Shown here one piece after another: positions 9,183 to 19,286 of a DNA stretch of 64,000 nt. The stretch comes from Chitinophagaceae bacterium. GTDB lineage: Bacteria > Bacteroidota > Bacteroidia > Chitinophagales > Chitinophagaceae. The translations under genes and the position numbers were made by a program. The notes under the pieces were generated by a model. The model was not told the origin of the DNA. It saw only the letters and a program-made list of their open reading frames with translations, and did not search any database. The stretch's first letter is position 1. Every line of letters begins with the position of its first letter. The stretch spans positions 50,548-114,547 of the forward strand of contig JBOFDP010000085.1 in assembly GCA_051647125.1 (NCBI GenBank), given 5' to 3'.

Positions 9183-10127
9183 TTAATTATATGCTAATTT
9201 TGAATAACTAGAAATAAATTCGTCATAGACCATTTTTATACCTTGTTCTAAAGAGATTTTTGAACTCCATCCGATCGCATATAACTTAGAACTATCCATC
9301 AGTTTTCTTGGTGTACCATCAGGCTTTGTTGTATCCCAAATAACACGACCATAATATCCAACTATATTTTTTATTTTTTCTGCTAATGTTTTGATTGTCA
9401 ATTCCTGCCCACTTCCTACATTAATATGTCCATAATCATTATAATTCAACATACAAAAAACAATAGCATCAGCCATATCATCGGCATACAAAAATTCTCT
9501 TAGTGGTGAACCCGTACCCCACAATAGGACTTCTTTTGAATGGTTGATTTTGGCTTCGTGAAATTTGCGTATCAATGCAGGCAGTACATGCGAATTTTGC
9601 AAATCATAATTATCTCCTTTCCCATAAAGATTGGTAGGCATTACACTCACATAATTACACCCATATTGCTTACGATAATAATTACACATTTTGATACCTG
9701 CAATTTTGGCTATGGCGTAGGCTTCGTTGATGGTTTCAAGCAAACCTGTTAGCAATGCCTCTTCTTTCATAGGCTGTGGTGCAAGTTTGGGATAAATACA
9801 AGAGCTGCCGAGAAACATCAATTTCTTTACACCATGAAGATATGAGGCGTGTATCACATTAGTTTCTATCATTATATTTTCATAAAAAAACTGAGCGGGA
9901 TAAGTATTGTTGGCTACTATGCCACCCACTTTGGCGGAAGCAAGAAATACATAATCAGGTTTTTCTTGGGCAAAAAAATCAGTAACAAAGAGTTGATTAG
10001 TTAGGTCAATTTGTTGGTGTGTAAGAAGTAGAAAATTAGTGTATCCTTTTTCTTCAAGATTGCGTAATATAGCACTGCCTACCATTCCCAGATGTCCGGC
10101 AATATATATTTTGGCATTTTTTTCCAT
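9183..10127 (-). CDS. fcl: GDP-L-fucose synthase (GDP-4-keto-6-deoxymannose epimerase/reductase)
   Basis: [20 protein letters not shown].., ..LGSSCIYP.., ..YAIAKIAG.. (extended SDR). The track start 10154 is TTG; ATG 10127 is preferred. Confidence 0.85.
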   Translation of the reverse strand: MEKNAKIYIAGHLGMVGSAILRNLEEKGYTNFLLLTHQQIDLTNQLFVTDFFAQEKPDYVFLASAKVGGIVANNTYPAQFFYENIMIETNVIHASYLHGVKKLMFLGSSCIYPKLAPQPMKEEALLTGLLETINEAYAIAKIAGIKMCNYYRKQYGCNYVSVMPTNLYGKGDNYDLQNSHVLPALIRKFHEAKINHSKEVLLWGTGSPLREFLYADDMADAIVFCMLNYNDYGHINVGSGQELTIKTLAEKIKNIVGYYGRVIWDTTKPDGTPRKLMDSSKLYAIGWSSKISLEQGIKMVYDEFISSYSKLAYN

Positions 10128-10146
10128 TGTTTTTAAGCTTATATTT

Positions 10147-11284
<1,138 letters not shown>

Positions 11285-12397
11285 TTAAGAAGCAAAAACT
11301 TCCACTTCTATTTTTTTATAGTGATTCCAAATAATATCCATAGCATAATTGTCTTCTACTTGTTTTCTACCATAGATTCCCATTGCCCTTTTTATTTTAT
11401 ACTCTAATTGAATAAATTTTTCCATAGCATTATATAAACTTTCAACACTTTTCATTTCACAAATAAATCCATTCTCTCCATCTTTTACAACATCTTTGCA
11501 ACCTGGTGCATTAGTGGTAATAATAGGTTTTTCCATAGCCATAGCTTCCAACAATGAAATAGGAATTCCCTCTCTATAAGAAGGCAACACAATGCAAGAC
11601 GCTTTAGCAATATAATTTTGTATGTCTTTATGATATCCCCAATAGTCTATTAATTTACTTTCAAACCATTTATCTAATTCTTGCTGAGTAAGTGCTGATG
11701 TATTGGATGCTCCAATTTCACCTATAAAAGCAAATAGACTATTAGGATATTTTTCTTTTAGTTTTTTAGCAACCTCAAAATATTCTACTATACCTTTTTG
11801 CCTAATAGCTCTGCCTATCATTAAAAAAGTAATATTTGGTATATTAGTATCTTGTGGTATATATTCTTCTATGGCTATACCTTCGCTGGGCAGTAAATAT
11901 AAGTTGTTTTTTATTTTAGGAATTAATAAAGACAATTCACTAAAATCATCTTTATTTAATACTACTACTCGTTTAGCTTTTGGAAAAACAAATTTATATA
12001 ATATAGATACTATTTTATAAATTAAACCTTTATCTATAAATGCCGTACCCAAACCTGTTACAAAATTGACAAATGGTATTTTTAACCAATACGCTATTAT
12101 TCCTCCATAAATATTGGGTTTAATGGTATAGTGATATATAAGGCTGGGTCTAATAGATTTATATATTTTATAATATTGGTGCATAACTCCTATTTCTTTA
12201 AATGGATTTTTGCTCTTACCTTGCATCTTAAGAGAATAGCAAGTACAGCCTATAGAATTATAATACCTCACATACTCACTATCATAAGGTGCAAGTAAAT
12301 AAATAGTATAGTCTTCTTTAAGATATCGTTTTATAATTTCATTTCTAAAATTATATAGCGAGGAATAGTTATTGACAGAAAATAATATTTTAGGCAT
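11285..12397 (-). CDS. Glycosyltransferase, GT4 (GT1-fold) family
   Basis: C-terminal EX7E region: LPSYREGIPISLLEAMAMEKPIITTN. Confidence 0.8.
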   Translation of the reverse strand: MPKILFSVNNYSSLYNFRNEIIKRYLKEDYTIYLLAPYDSEYVRYYNSIGCTCYSLKMQGKSKNPFKEIGVMHQYYKIYKSIRPSLIYHYTIKPNIYGGIIAYWLKIPFVNFVTGLGTAFIDKGLIYKIVSILYKFVFPKAKRVVVLNKDDFSELSLLIPKIKNNLYLLPSEGIAIEEYIPQDTNIPNITFLMIGRAIRQKGIVEYFEVAKKLKEKYPNSLFAFIGEIGASNTSALTQQELDKWFESKLIDYWGYHKDIQNYIAKASCIVLPSYREGIPISLLEAMAMEKPIITTNAPGCKDVVKDGENGFICEMKSVESLYNAMEKFIQLEYKIKRAMGIYGRKQVEDNYAMDIIWNHYKKIEVEVFAS

Positions 12398-13103
12398 AGT
12401 GGTTAAATATATATCTTTTTAATGTATAGTATAAGACATATAAGCGATATTTAATCATAAACCATAATGAATTTTTGCTTTTAGTACCAGATGTCGAGAA
12501 TGTTTGATTATGTCTTCTATAATAAATTAATGGTACATCAATATATCTTATACTATACTTCAGCTCTGCTAATAAACCAAACCAAACATCATGCCCTATT
12601 ATATTATTGGGAATAGGTAAAAAAAACGATAACATGTTTCTATTAAAAGCCATCGTGCAACCTACATAAACTCCTTTATATAAGTTATCAATATATCCAG
12701 ATTTATACCTTCTCCATTCGCTTAACTTTTTTATAGAGTTAAGGTTGTCATCACATATCCAAGCATCGGTTAATATCAATTGGTTTTCTTGTATATTTTT
12801 TAGAATAATATCTACTTTATTAGGTAGCCACACATCGTCTTGGTCACTTAAAAAAATATAATCTCCTGTACTATGTTTCAGAGCATTTTCAAAATTCTTT
12901 GTATATCCTTTTCTTCCTTGATTAATAAATATTTTAATCCTATCATCACTGTATTCTCTTATAATATCAAGTGTTTTGTCAGTAGAACCATCATCTGAAA
13001 TAATTACCTCACTATCTTCTCCTATTTGATATAGAATAGAATCTAATTGTTCTTTTATGTATTTTTCACCATTATAGGTAGCTATGCAAACGGAAATTTT
13101 CAT
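12390..13103 (-). CDS. Glycosyltransferase family 2
   Basis: MKISVCIATYNGEKYIKEQLDSIL..VIISDDGSTD..LSDQDDVW (GT-A DxD pattern). Confidence 0.8.
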   Translation of the reverse strand: MKISVCIATYNGEKYIKEQLDSILYQIGEDSEVIISDDGSTDKTLDIIREYSDDRIKIFINQGRKGYTKNFENALKHSTGDYIFLSDQDDVWLPNKVDIILKNIQENQLILTDAWICDDNLNSIKKLSEWRRYKSGYIDNLYKGVYVGCTMAFNRNMLSFFLPIPNNIIGHDVWFGLLAELKYSIRYIDVPLIYYRRHNQTFSTSGTKSKNSLWFMIKYRLYVLYYTLKRYIFNHYA

Positions 13104-13106
13104 GAT

Positions 13107-14168
13107 TTAGCTTTGATTATTTCTAATATAATGTTTAATAAACAGATGCATTTCTTCCATCTTTATACCCCAATCAAAAGAGTCTAAATATTTTTTAATT
13201 TTTTCTATATTTAATTCTTTTTTTGTAGTTTTTTCTAATAGATTAATAAGTTCTTTTTCATTTTTGGGATTAAAAAAATCAACGAATTCAGGAGAAAATT
13301 CTTTTAGTGCACCTCCATGAGAAGATATAATTGGAACTCCAAAAGATAATGCCTCCAAAACAGGCATTCCAAAACCTTCATAAAGAGATGGATATACAAA
13401 GGCTTTGCAATATTTATATAAAGAAGCTAATGTTTCTTCATCTACAAAATTAACAAATATAATCCTAGTATTTTGGCATATTATTCCTCCATTATTATTT
13501 CCGCATATTACTAATTTTTTTGATGTATTAGCTTTTAGAAAACAGGCTATTAAAAATCTAACATTTTTATGATGCATGGTAAGACCTACATATAAAAAAT
13601 ATTCATGTTTTTGTAAATTGAGTTTTTCAATTTTTAAAATATTTGTATTATGATGTATTTTATTTAGTCCATTTAATACGATTATGGAATTTTTGCCAAA
13701 AGCTTCATAAACATCTTTACGAGTAGTTTCTGAAATAGAAAAAATAATATCAGAGTTTTTAAGAGAATATCTAATAAAAAAATCTGTTTTTATAATACCC
13801 AATTTGTTTTTCCAAAAAGATTTTCTGTAAAAGTTGGGTACTACTTTATACATAATATCATGTATAGTTGTAATATAAATTTTTCCTTTTATTTTAAACA
13901 AAGAATTGTAGTGGTTGGGGAAATGATAAATATCGGCATCTATTTTTTTTAGAAACTTGTGAAAAGTAACAAAATTCCAAAAAGAATAGGTTTTCTTGTC
14001 AAAAATAATAGTTTGAAATCCACTATTTTTAGGGTATGATTTGTTCACAAGTACAAACACATTTTCAAATCTATATCGATCTATATAACTTTGAATTAAT
14101 ATCAATGTATAACGTTTAATTCCCGTACTTATCTCCATTAAACAGCGCCCGTCAATTAGGATTTTCAT
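13107..14168 (-). CDS. Glycosyltransferase, GT4 family
   Basis: YPSLYEGFGMPVLEALSFGVPIISS (EX7E region). Confidence 0.75.
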   Translation of the reverse strand: MKILIDGRCLMEISTGIKRYTLILIQSYIDRYRFENVFVLVNKSYPKNSGFQTIIFDKKTYSFWNFVTFHKFLKKIDADIYHFPNHYNSLFKIKGKIYITTIHDIMYKVVPNFYRKSFWKNKLGIIKTDFFIRYSLKNSDIIFSISETTRKDVYEAFGKNSIIVLNGLNKIHHNTNILKIEKLNLQKHEYFLYVGLTMHHKNVRFLIACFLKANTSKKLVICGNNNGGIICQNTRIIFVNFVDEETLASLYKYCKAFVYPSLYEGFGMPVLEALSFGVPIISSHGGALKEFSPEFVDFFNPKNEKELINLLEKTTKKELNIEKIKKYLDSFDWGIKMEEMHLFIKHYIRNNQS

Positions 14169-15346
14169 TATTGTATATCTTTTAAGGATTTTCTATTTTC
14201 ATTAAATTCTAAATATCTACTTTGAAAACTTTGAACTTCAAAAAGTAAATTTTCGTATTTCATAATTATATCAGAATTTAATTTTATTAATTTTAAAGAA
14301 CCATAAGTTAATAGTACAAAAATAAATATATATTTTTTATTTTTATGGTAAAATAGAGAATATATATTGGTAAAAAGAATCCAATATGAAAAGACAAATA
14401 ATAGAGAAACTCTTTCTGTTACTACAGTAGCTTCACTAAAATAAAAGAAACATATAAAATATAGAATATATCCATTTATAAAAAGAATATTTTGTTTATT
14501 TACTTGAATTAGTTTTTTATAATAGGTCAAAACAAATAAGTAGGACAAAAACCGCTCTATGTATCCTATTGAAAGACCATAGGGTTTACTAAAATATTCA
14601 CTAGCAAAATAAATCACTATTTTTTCTTGTATTTTTCCTCCAAATATATTACCTAATGTTTGAAATATGGGTTCTATATATTGTATCTGAAATAAAAAAA
14701 TGATATTTCCAATCACGAAAATGGCTATCAATAGTTTAATAGAAAATCGTTTGTGTAAGAAAAAGTATAATGGCAGATATATGATAGAGCTAATATGAAA
14801 ACTCATACCTATTAAATTTAAAATCATGTATTTTGTCAATTTTCTTTCTTCCAAATATTTTAAAGAAAGTAAAAATAACATAATAGCTTTAACATTTCTA
14901 TAGAAATTAAATTCTATAATTATTCCTTGAAAAAGAATGAATAAAATAAAACTTAAAACATAGTACTTTGAATATCGTTTAAAAATAATATTTAAAATAA
15001 GTACATCAATCAAGGTATTAATAAATACCCAAAAGAAATAATTATCCCAAATACTTTTAATAATCATTGAATACCATTCAAAGCCAATGTCAAATACATA
15101 ATCGGTAAACTTAAACCCATCCCATATAGTAGGTAAATCTTGAAAATATGGGTAATAATTAATAAAATCTGTATATACATGTCCTCTCAATCCAAAGAAA
15201 AAAAGGAACCCAATAATCACTGCCCAACGAACATATTTGGTATTAATATTTTTATTCATGCAATGAAACTCCGAAAACATCAACAAAACCAAATACCCCA
15301 AAAAAATAAGGTAAGGAATAGAATATGTATAGCTTATGAGTGGCAA
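14168..15346 (-). CDS. EpsG-family polytopic membrane protein (probable Wzy-like polysaccharide polymerase)
   Basis: About 10 predicted transmembrane segments, aromatic-rich, and located inside the glycosyltransferase cluster. TTG start as given by the track. Confidence 0.6.
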   Translation of the reverse strand: MPLISYTYSIPYLIFLGYLVLLMFSEFHCMNKNINTKYVRWAVIIGFLFFFGLRGHVYTDFINYYPYFQDLPTIWDGFKFTDYVFDIGFEWYSMIIKSIWDNYFFWVFINTLIDVLILNIIFKRYSKYYVLSFILFILFQGIIIEFNFYRNVKAIMLFLLSLKYLEERKLTKYMILNLIGMSFHISSIIYLPLYFFLHKRFSIKLLIAIFVIGNIIFLFQIQYIEPIFQTLGNIFGGKIQEKIVIYFASEYFSKPYGLSIGYIERFLSYLFVLTYYKKLIQVNKQNILFINGYILYFICFFYFSEATVVTERVSLLFVFSYWILFTNIYSLFYHKNKKYIFIFVLLTYGSLKLIKLNSDIIMKYENLLFEVQSFQSRYLEFNENRKSLKDIQ

Positions 15347-15348
15347 GA

Positions 15349-16230
15349 TTATCTATTTTTAAATATCGTTTTCCAAAGTTTTATTTTATGTTTATTACCC
15401 AGCAAAGTAAATATCACAATTCTTGAAAAACAAGTAGTTGTAAAAATAATATTTAATAGAATTCTTGCAAAGAAATAATGTGTTTTTCTATAGTATATTT
15501 TACGGCTTTGTAAGATATATTGTATTCTCTTGAGATTGTTGTCTAAAAAACTTTGACCTTCGAGGTGAATAATTTTTGCTTCTGGTATACTCATTATTAT
15601 ATATCCTTTTTTCGTTATTCTATAAGTGAGTTCAGTTTCTTCATAATACATAAAAAAATCTTTATCAAAACTACCTACTTCGTCTAATACCGATTTTCTA
15701 ACCATCATATCTGCTCCGGTAATGTATCCTACTTTTTGTGGTATGGTGGAATAATTAAAGTAATAATTTTTTCCATACCTTATTTTTGAAATCAATCCTC
15801 CAAATAACATATTCAATTCCCATACCATAGAGGGTAAATATTTTTCATAAGAATGTGTTGAATTATTTTCCTTATCGTACAAATTTCCACCCACGACGCC
15901 AACAGTTTCATTTGTATCTAAATAATCTGAAAGTATTTTTACAGCATTGTTTACAAGAATAGTATCAGGATTTAAGAAAAGAATATTTTCCCCTTTGGCT
16001 ATTTTTATTCCTTCATTGTTAGCTCTGCCAAAACCCACATTTTCGTAGCTTTGTATATAAACTATTTTATCTCCAAAATATTTTTTTACTTGTTCTCCAT
16101 CAGAAGAGCAATTATCTACCACAATCACTTCGTAAGTAATACCTTCCGTTTTTTCAAAAATAGAGTTTATAGCATTTTTGATTAGTTCAAATGAATTATA
16201 ATTTACAAGAAGTATAGAGCAATTCATCAT
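15349..16230 (-). CDS. Glycosyltransferase family 2
   Basis: CSILLVNYNSFELIKNAINSI..EVIVVDNCSSDG..FLNPDT. Confidence 0.8.
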   Translation of the reverse strand: MMNCSILLVNYNSFELIKNAINSIFEKTEGITYEVIVVDNCSSDGEQVKKYFGDKIVYIQSYENVGFGRANNEGIKIAKGENILFLNPDTILVNNAVKILSDYLDTNETVGVVGGNLYDKENNSTHSYEKYLPSMVWELNMLFGGLISKIRYGKNYYFNYSTIPQKVGYITGADMMVRKSVLDEVGSFDKDFFMYYEETELTYRITKKGYIIMSIPEAKIIHLEGQSFLDNNLKRIQYILQSRKIYYRKTHYFFARILLNIIFTTTCFSRIVIFTLLGNKHKIKLWKTIFKNR

Positions 16231-16277
16231 TTAATTTTTTAGTTTACTAATTTCATAATAATAATATTGGAAGCCAT

Positions 16278-16579
16278 TAAAAATTATAAGAGTAATCTCT
16301 TTATATCTCCTAAAAAGCAGAATTCAAATTTGAATTCTGCCATATTTTTTACAAAAATACATTTATATAAAAAAAGGTAAATAAAAAAAATTTGTGTGTT
16401 GAAAATTCAAAAAGTGCGTCTTAAAATTGTATATAAAAGAAGATACTCGTTCCACTCTCCGAGTGTATCTTTGTACTCTTTTCAAATCAAAAAACAACAT
16501 ACGTAGTAAAAACAATAGGAGACCTAAAGAGAGTATCCCTTCTTTATTATATGGAAAAATACCCCCACATGATACAGAA
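16278..16579 (+). repeat. Copy A of the dnaB upstream/5' repeat (a relic without a start codon)
   Basis: Aligns with 19093-19406 with roughly ten substitutions. It has a 27-bp insertion (16384-16410) and lacks the 37 bp that hold the dnaB ATG. It still encodes SKNNIRSKNNRRPKESIPSLLYGKIPPHDTE and carries an orphan TATCTTTG box at 16466-16473. Confidence 0.9.
16317..16340. terminator. Perfect 24-bp palindrome, possibly a bidirectional terminator or an operator
   Basis: GCAGAATTCAAATTTGAATTCTGC, flanked by AAAAA on the left and CATATTTTTT on the right. Confidence 0.4.
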
Positions 16580-16769
16580 TTAAATATAAAAGAGCTTTTT
16601 ATGGTAGAAAATTGGTATTTTTTCATATACAAAAAAGAAATTAGCCATTTAATTACTATTTTTTACACAGCAAATATACTATTTTTTTATTATTTGAGGT
16701 TGTTTTTAGGAAATGTAAAATATAATCCTTGCCATGATAGGTTGATATATAAGGCAACTGGGGAAGGCA

Positions 16770-18212
16770 TTATTTTAATCTCTTCTTCAATAATGTGATA
16801 GTATCTATTAAAATATAATTGCGAGCGATATACCTTTGCAAGATTAGATAAACAAGAGCAGACGCACCAATAAATATAACAAGAAATGATAAGCTAGTGG
16901 TTATTATACATGTATCCATTATCCAATATATTGCCACAATGGCAATACTGCAAATAGTAGCTTTTATCATGTTGATCCATTTCACTCGAATAGGTGTTAG
17001 TTTATATACAAAATATAGATTTAGAAACATCTCAAAACTTTGTGCAAAAACAGACCCAATAGAAGCTCCAATTGCCCCTAATCTTGGAATACAAATTAAG
17101 TTTAAGATAAAGGAAAAAATAGCAGTAATAATCACCGTAAATAAATATTTTTTTTCATATCCTAAAATAATTAATACATTAGTAACAAAGAAAATATTCA
17201 TCATGCTAAATATAATGTTTAAAGATAAAATTTGCATAGGAATAATACTACCTACAAATTCATATCCAAAAAACATAGGCACAAATCGTGAACTGCATAA
17301 ACATAAACCAATGGATGCCGGAATAATAATTAGCATTATAGCATCAAATGCATTTTGCAAAAGGATATTGTTTTGTATATGTTCTTTATTCGCATTATTT
17401 GCAGACAAACGAGGAATCAATACGGTATTAATAGCACCAATTACTACAAGAAGTAAAAAAATAATTCTACTTGGAGATGTATACAATCCTACCTGCTCAT
17501 AAGTAGAAAGGAAGCCAAGCATGAGTACATCCAGGATTAAATAAATACTTACTGAAATATGAGACAGAAAAAATACTCCCATTGATTTGAGATGTTGCTT
17601 GATATTCAACTTGCTAAAATATATTTTTAGCCCTTTTTTAGTAGCATAGATAATATTCCATACTTGATTGCCTACTATGGCAAAAGAAGATAATGCAATG
17701 TATGCCAGCAAATCGTCTCTTTCTCTCACAAATACAAAAAGCCCTATAAAACTAAGTGTTTTTATCACAGCAGAACGAATGGTGATAAGCCTGAAATTTT
17801 CTTGCCCCTGAAAAAACCAATCTATAGAAATAGGTACTAAATAAATACTCATTCCTCCTACGATATAAAGCCATTGATATGCCCTAAATTCGGGTATTAA
17901 AAAAGTAGTAGCTATATAGATGATACTTACAACGATTGTAGCTATTAGATTTATCCTAAAAAGTTCTGAAAATAGTTGATTGGTTTTTTCTTTATTCTCT
18001 CTACCTATCTTAGCTATTTCTCTCACACCATAATAGCTAATACCAAACATAGCGAAGAATACAAAATAGTTGGCATAAGTATTGATAAAACTTACTATAC
18101 CTACATTTTCTACACCAAGCACACGAGATATATAAGGTACTGTAACTAAAGGAAAAAGCACATTAAGCGCCTGCAAAGCCACATTGTATGCAAAATTCTT
18201 TTTTAGCAACAT
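16770..18212 (-). CDS. wzx: Polysaccharide flippase (Wzx, MOP/PST superfamily)
   Basis: MLLKKNFAYNVALQALNVLFPLVTVPYISRVLGVENVG is the typical Wzx N-terminus. About 12-14 transmembrane segments. The track start 18260 is TTG; ATG 18212 is preferred. Confidence 0.75.
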   Translation of the reverse strand: MLLKKNFAYNVALQALNVLFPLVTVPYISRVLGVENVGIVSFINTYANYFVFFAMFGISYYGVREIAKIGRENKEKTNQLFSELFRINLIATIVVSIIYIATTFLIPEFRAYQWLYIVGGMSIYLVPISIDWFFQGQENFRLITIRSAVIKTLSFIGLFVFVRERDDLLAYIALSSFAIVGNQVWNIIYATKKGLKIYFSKLNIKQHLKSMGVFFLSHISVSIYLILDVLMLGFLSTYEQVGLYTSPSRIIFLLLVVIGAINTVLIPRLSANNANKEHIQNNILLQNAFDAIMLIIIPASIGLCLCSSRFVPMFFGYEFVGSIIPMQILSLNIIFSMMNIFFVTNVLIILGYEKKYLFTVIITAIFSFILNLICIPRLGAIGASIGSVFAQSFEMFLNLYFVYKLTPIRVKWINMIKATICSIAIVAIYWIMDTCIITTSLSFLVIFIGASALVYLILQRYIARNYILIDTITLLKKRLK

Positions 18213-18238
18213 TTTTCCTTGATTTTTATTTTTGCAAG

Positions 18239-18246
18239 CAAAAATA
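18239..18246 (-). promoter_or_regulatory. Candidate -7 box for wzx
   Basis: TATTTTTG on the minus strand, 26 nt before ATG 18212. Confidence 0.4.
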
Positions 18247-18315
18247 TCCTTTTCTATCAAATTTTGAATATTTCTTTTTGTCCATGAAGTTTGTTTGTAG
18301 GTGTATTACAATTTT

Positions 18316-18972
18316 CTAATCTCTTGATTTATTTTTAATTAATCTATGAATTTCATCAAATGGGTACTTGTTTTCTTCAATTGGAGAATAAAATAAATTT
18401 ATATTTTCTAAAAAATCAGAGGTAGAAAGCATAGATAAATCAAATGTCAATAATTTACTAATAGTTTCATCTGTGAACCGTTTTTTGATCACGCGTGCAG
18501 GTATTCCACCAACAATTGTATATGGAGGTATGTCTTTGGTAACAATAGATCCAGTGCTAACAATAGACCCTTTTCCTATTGTTACTCCAGATAATATTTT
18601 TACTCCATATCCAATCCATACATGATCTTCAACAATAATATTTCCTTTGGATATAGCATCTATTTCAGAGCGTTTAACAAACATTGATTGAAAAGGAAAA
18701 GTAGATATATTTTTTGTTTGATGATTTTCATTAAGAAAAAAGATTACCTCATTAGCAATAGAAACAAAATTTCCAATGATAAGTTATTCTTTTGAATAAG
18801 GAGAATAACATATCAAATTAATTTCTCCATAAGAATAATTACCAACTGTAATCTGATATATTTTGCAAGATCCTTTTAGACTTGTATAATTGTGCTTATT
18901 CTTTTTTCTCCATTTTTTGTTTAAATAATAATTGCGCAAAATTTCTTTTATATTATAAATAAAGTTACTCAT
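18316..18972 (-). pseudogene. Hexapeptide-repeat O-acetyltransferase interrupted by one in-frame TAA
   Basis: Track ORFs 18784..18972 and 18316..18684 share a frame. Reading through TAA (18784-18786) gives ..[80 protein letters not shown], a continuous left-handed beta-helix acetyltransferase. Confidence 0.75.
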
Positions 18973-19133
18973 ATTTTAATTTGGGTATATCCGTGTCTCA
19001 ATTTTTCTTAGTTCAAAACAATTTCAGAGTTATCTATCAAAATGTAATTGTGTATCATTGTAATATTATATAAATAAAGGCAGAGAAGCAAATAAAAATT
19101 ATAAGAGTAATCTCTTTATATCTCTCCTAAAAA

Positions 19134-19157
19134 GCAGAATTCAAATTTGAATTCTAC
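19134..19157. other. Second copy of the 24-bp palindrome, with one mismatch
   Basis: GCAGAATTCAAATTTGAATTCTAC, in the divergent spacer between the acetyltransferase relic and dnaB. Confidence 0.4.
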
Positions 19158-19255
19158 CATATTTTTTCCAAAAATACATTTATATAAAGAAAGGTAAATA
19201 AAAGTGCGTCTTAAAATTGTATATAAAAGAAGATACTCGTTATACTCTTCGAGTG

Positions 19256-19263
19256 TATCTTTG
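19256..19263 (+). promoter_or_regulatory. Candidate -7 box for dnaB
   Basis: TATCTTTG, 23 nt before ATG 19287. Preceded by the imperfect inverted repeat AGATACTCG..CGAGTGTATCT. Confidence 0.45.
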
Positions 19264-19286
19264 TACTCTTTTCAAATCAAAAAAAT

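Noticed and set aside
16427-16798. 123-aa ORF that could be read as a small gene between the GT2 gene and wzx.
   Set aside because: It is a chimeric read-through of the dnaB 5' relic (copy A of the repeat). It has lost the dnaB start region and overlaps the wzx 3' end. I treat it as a relic, not a gene.
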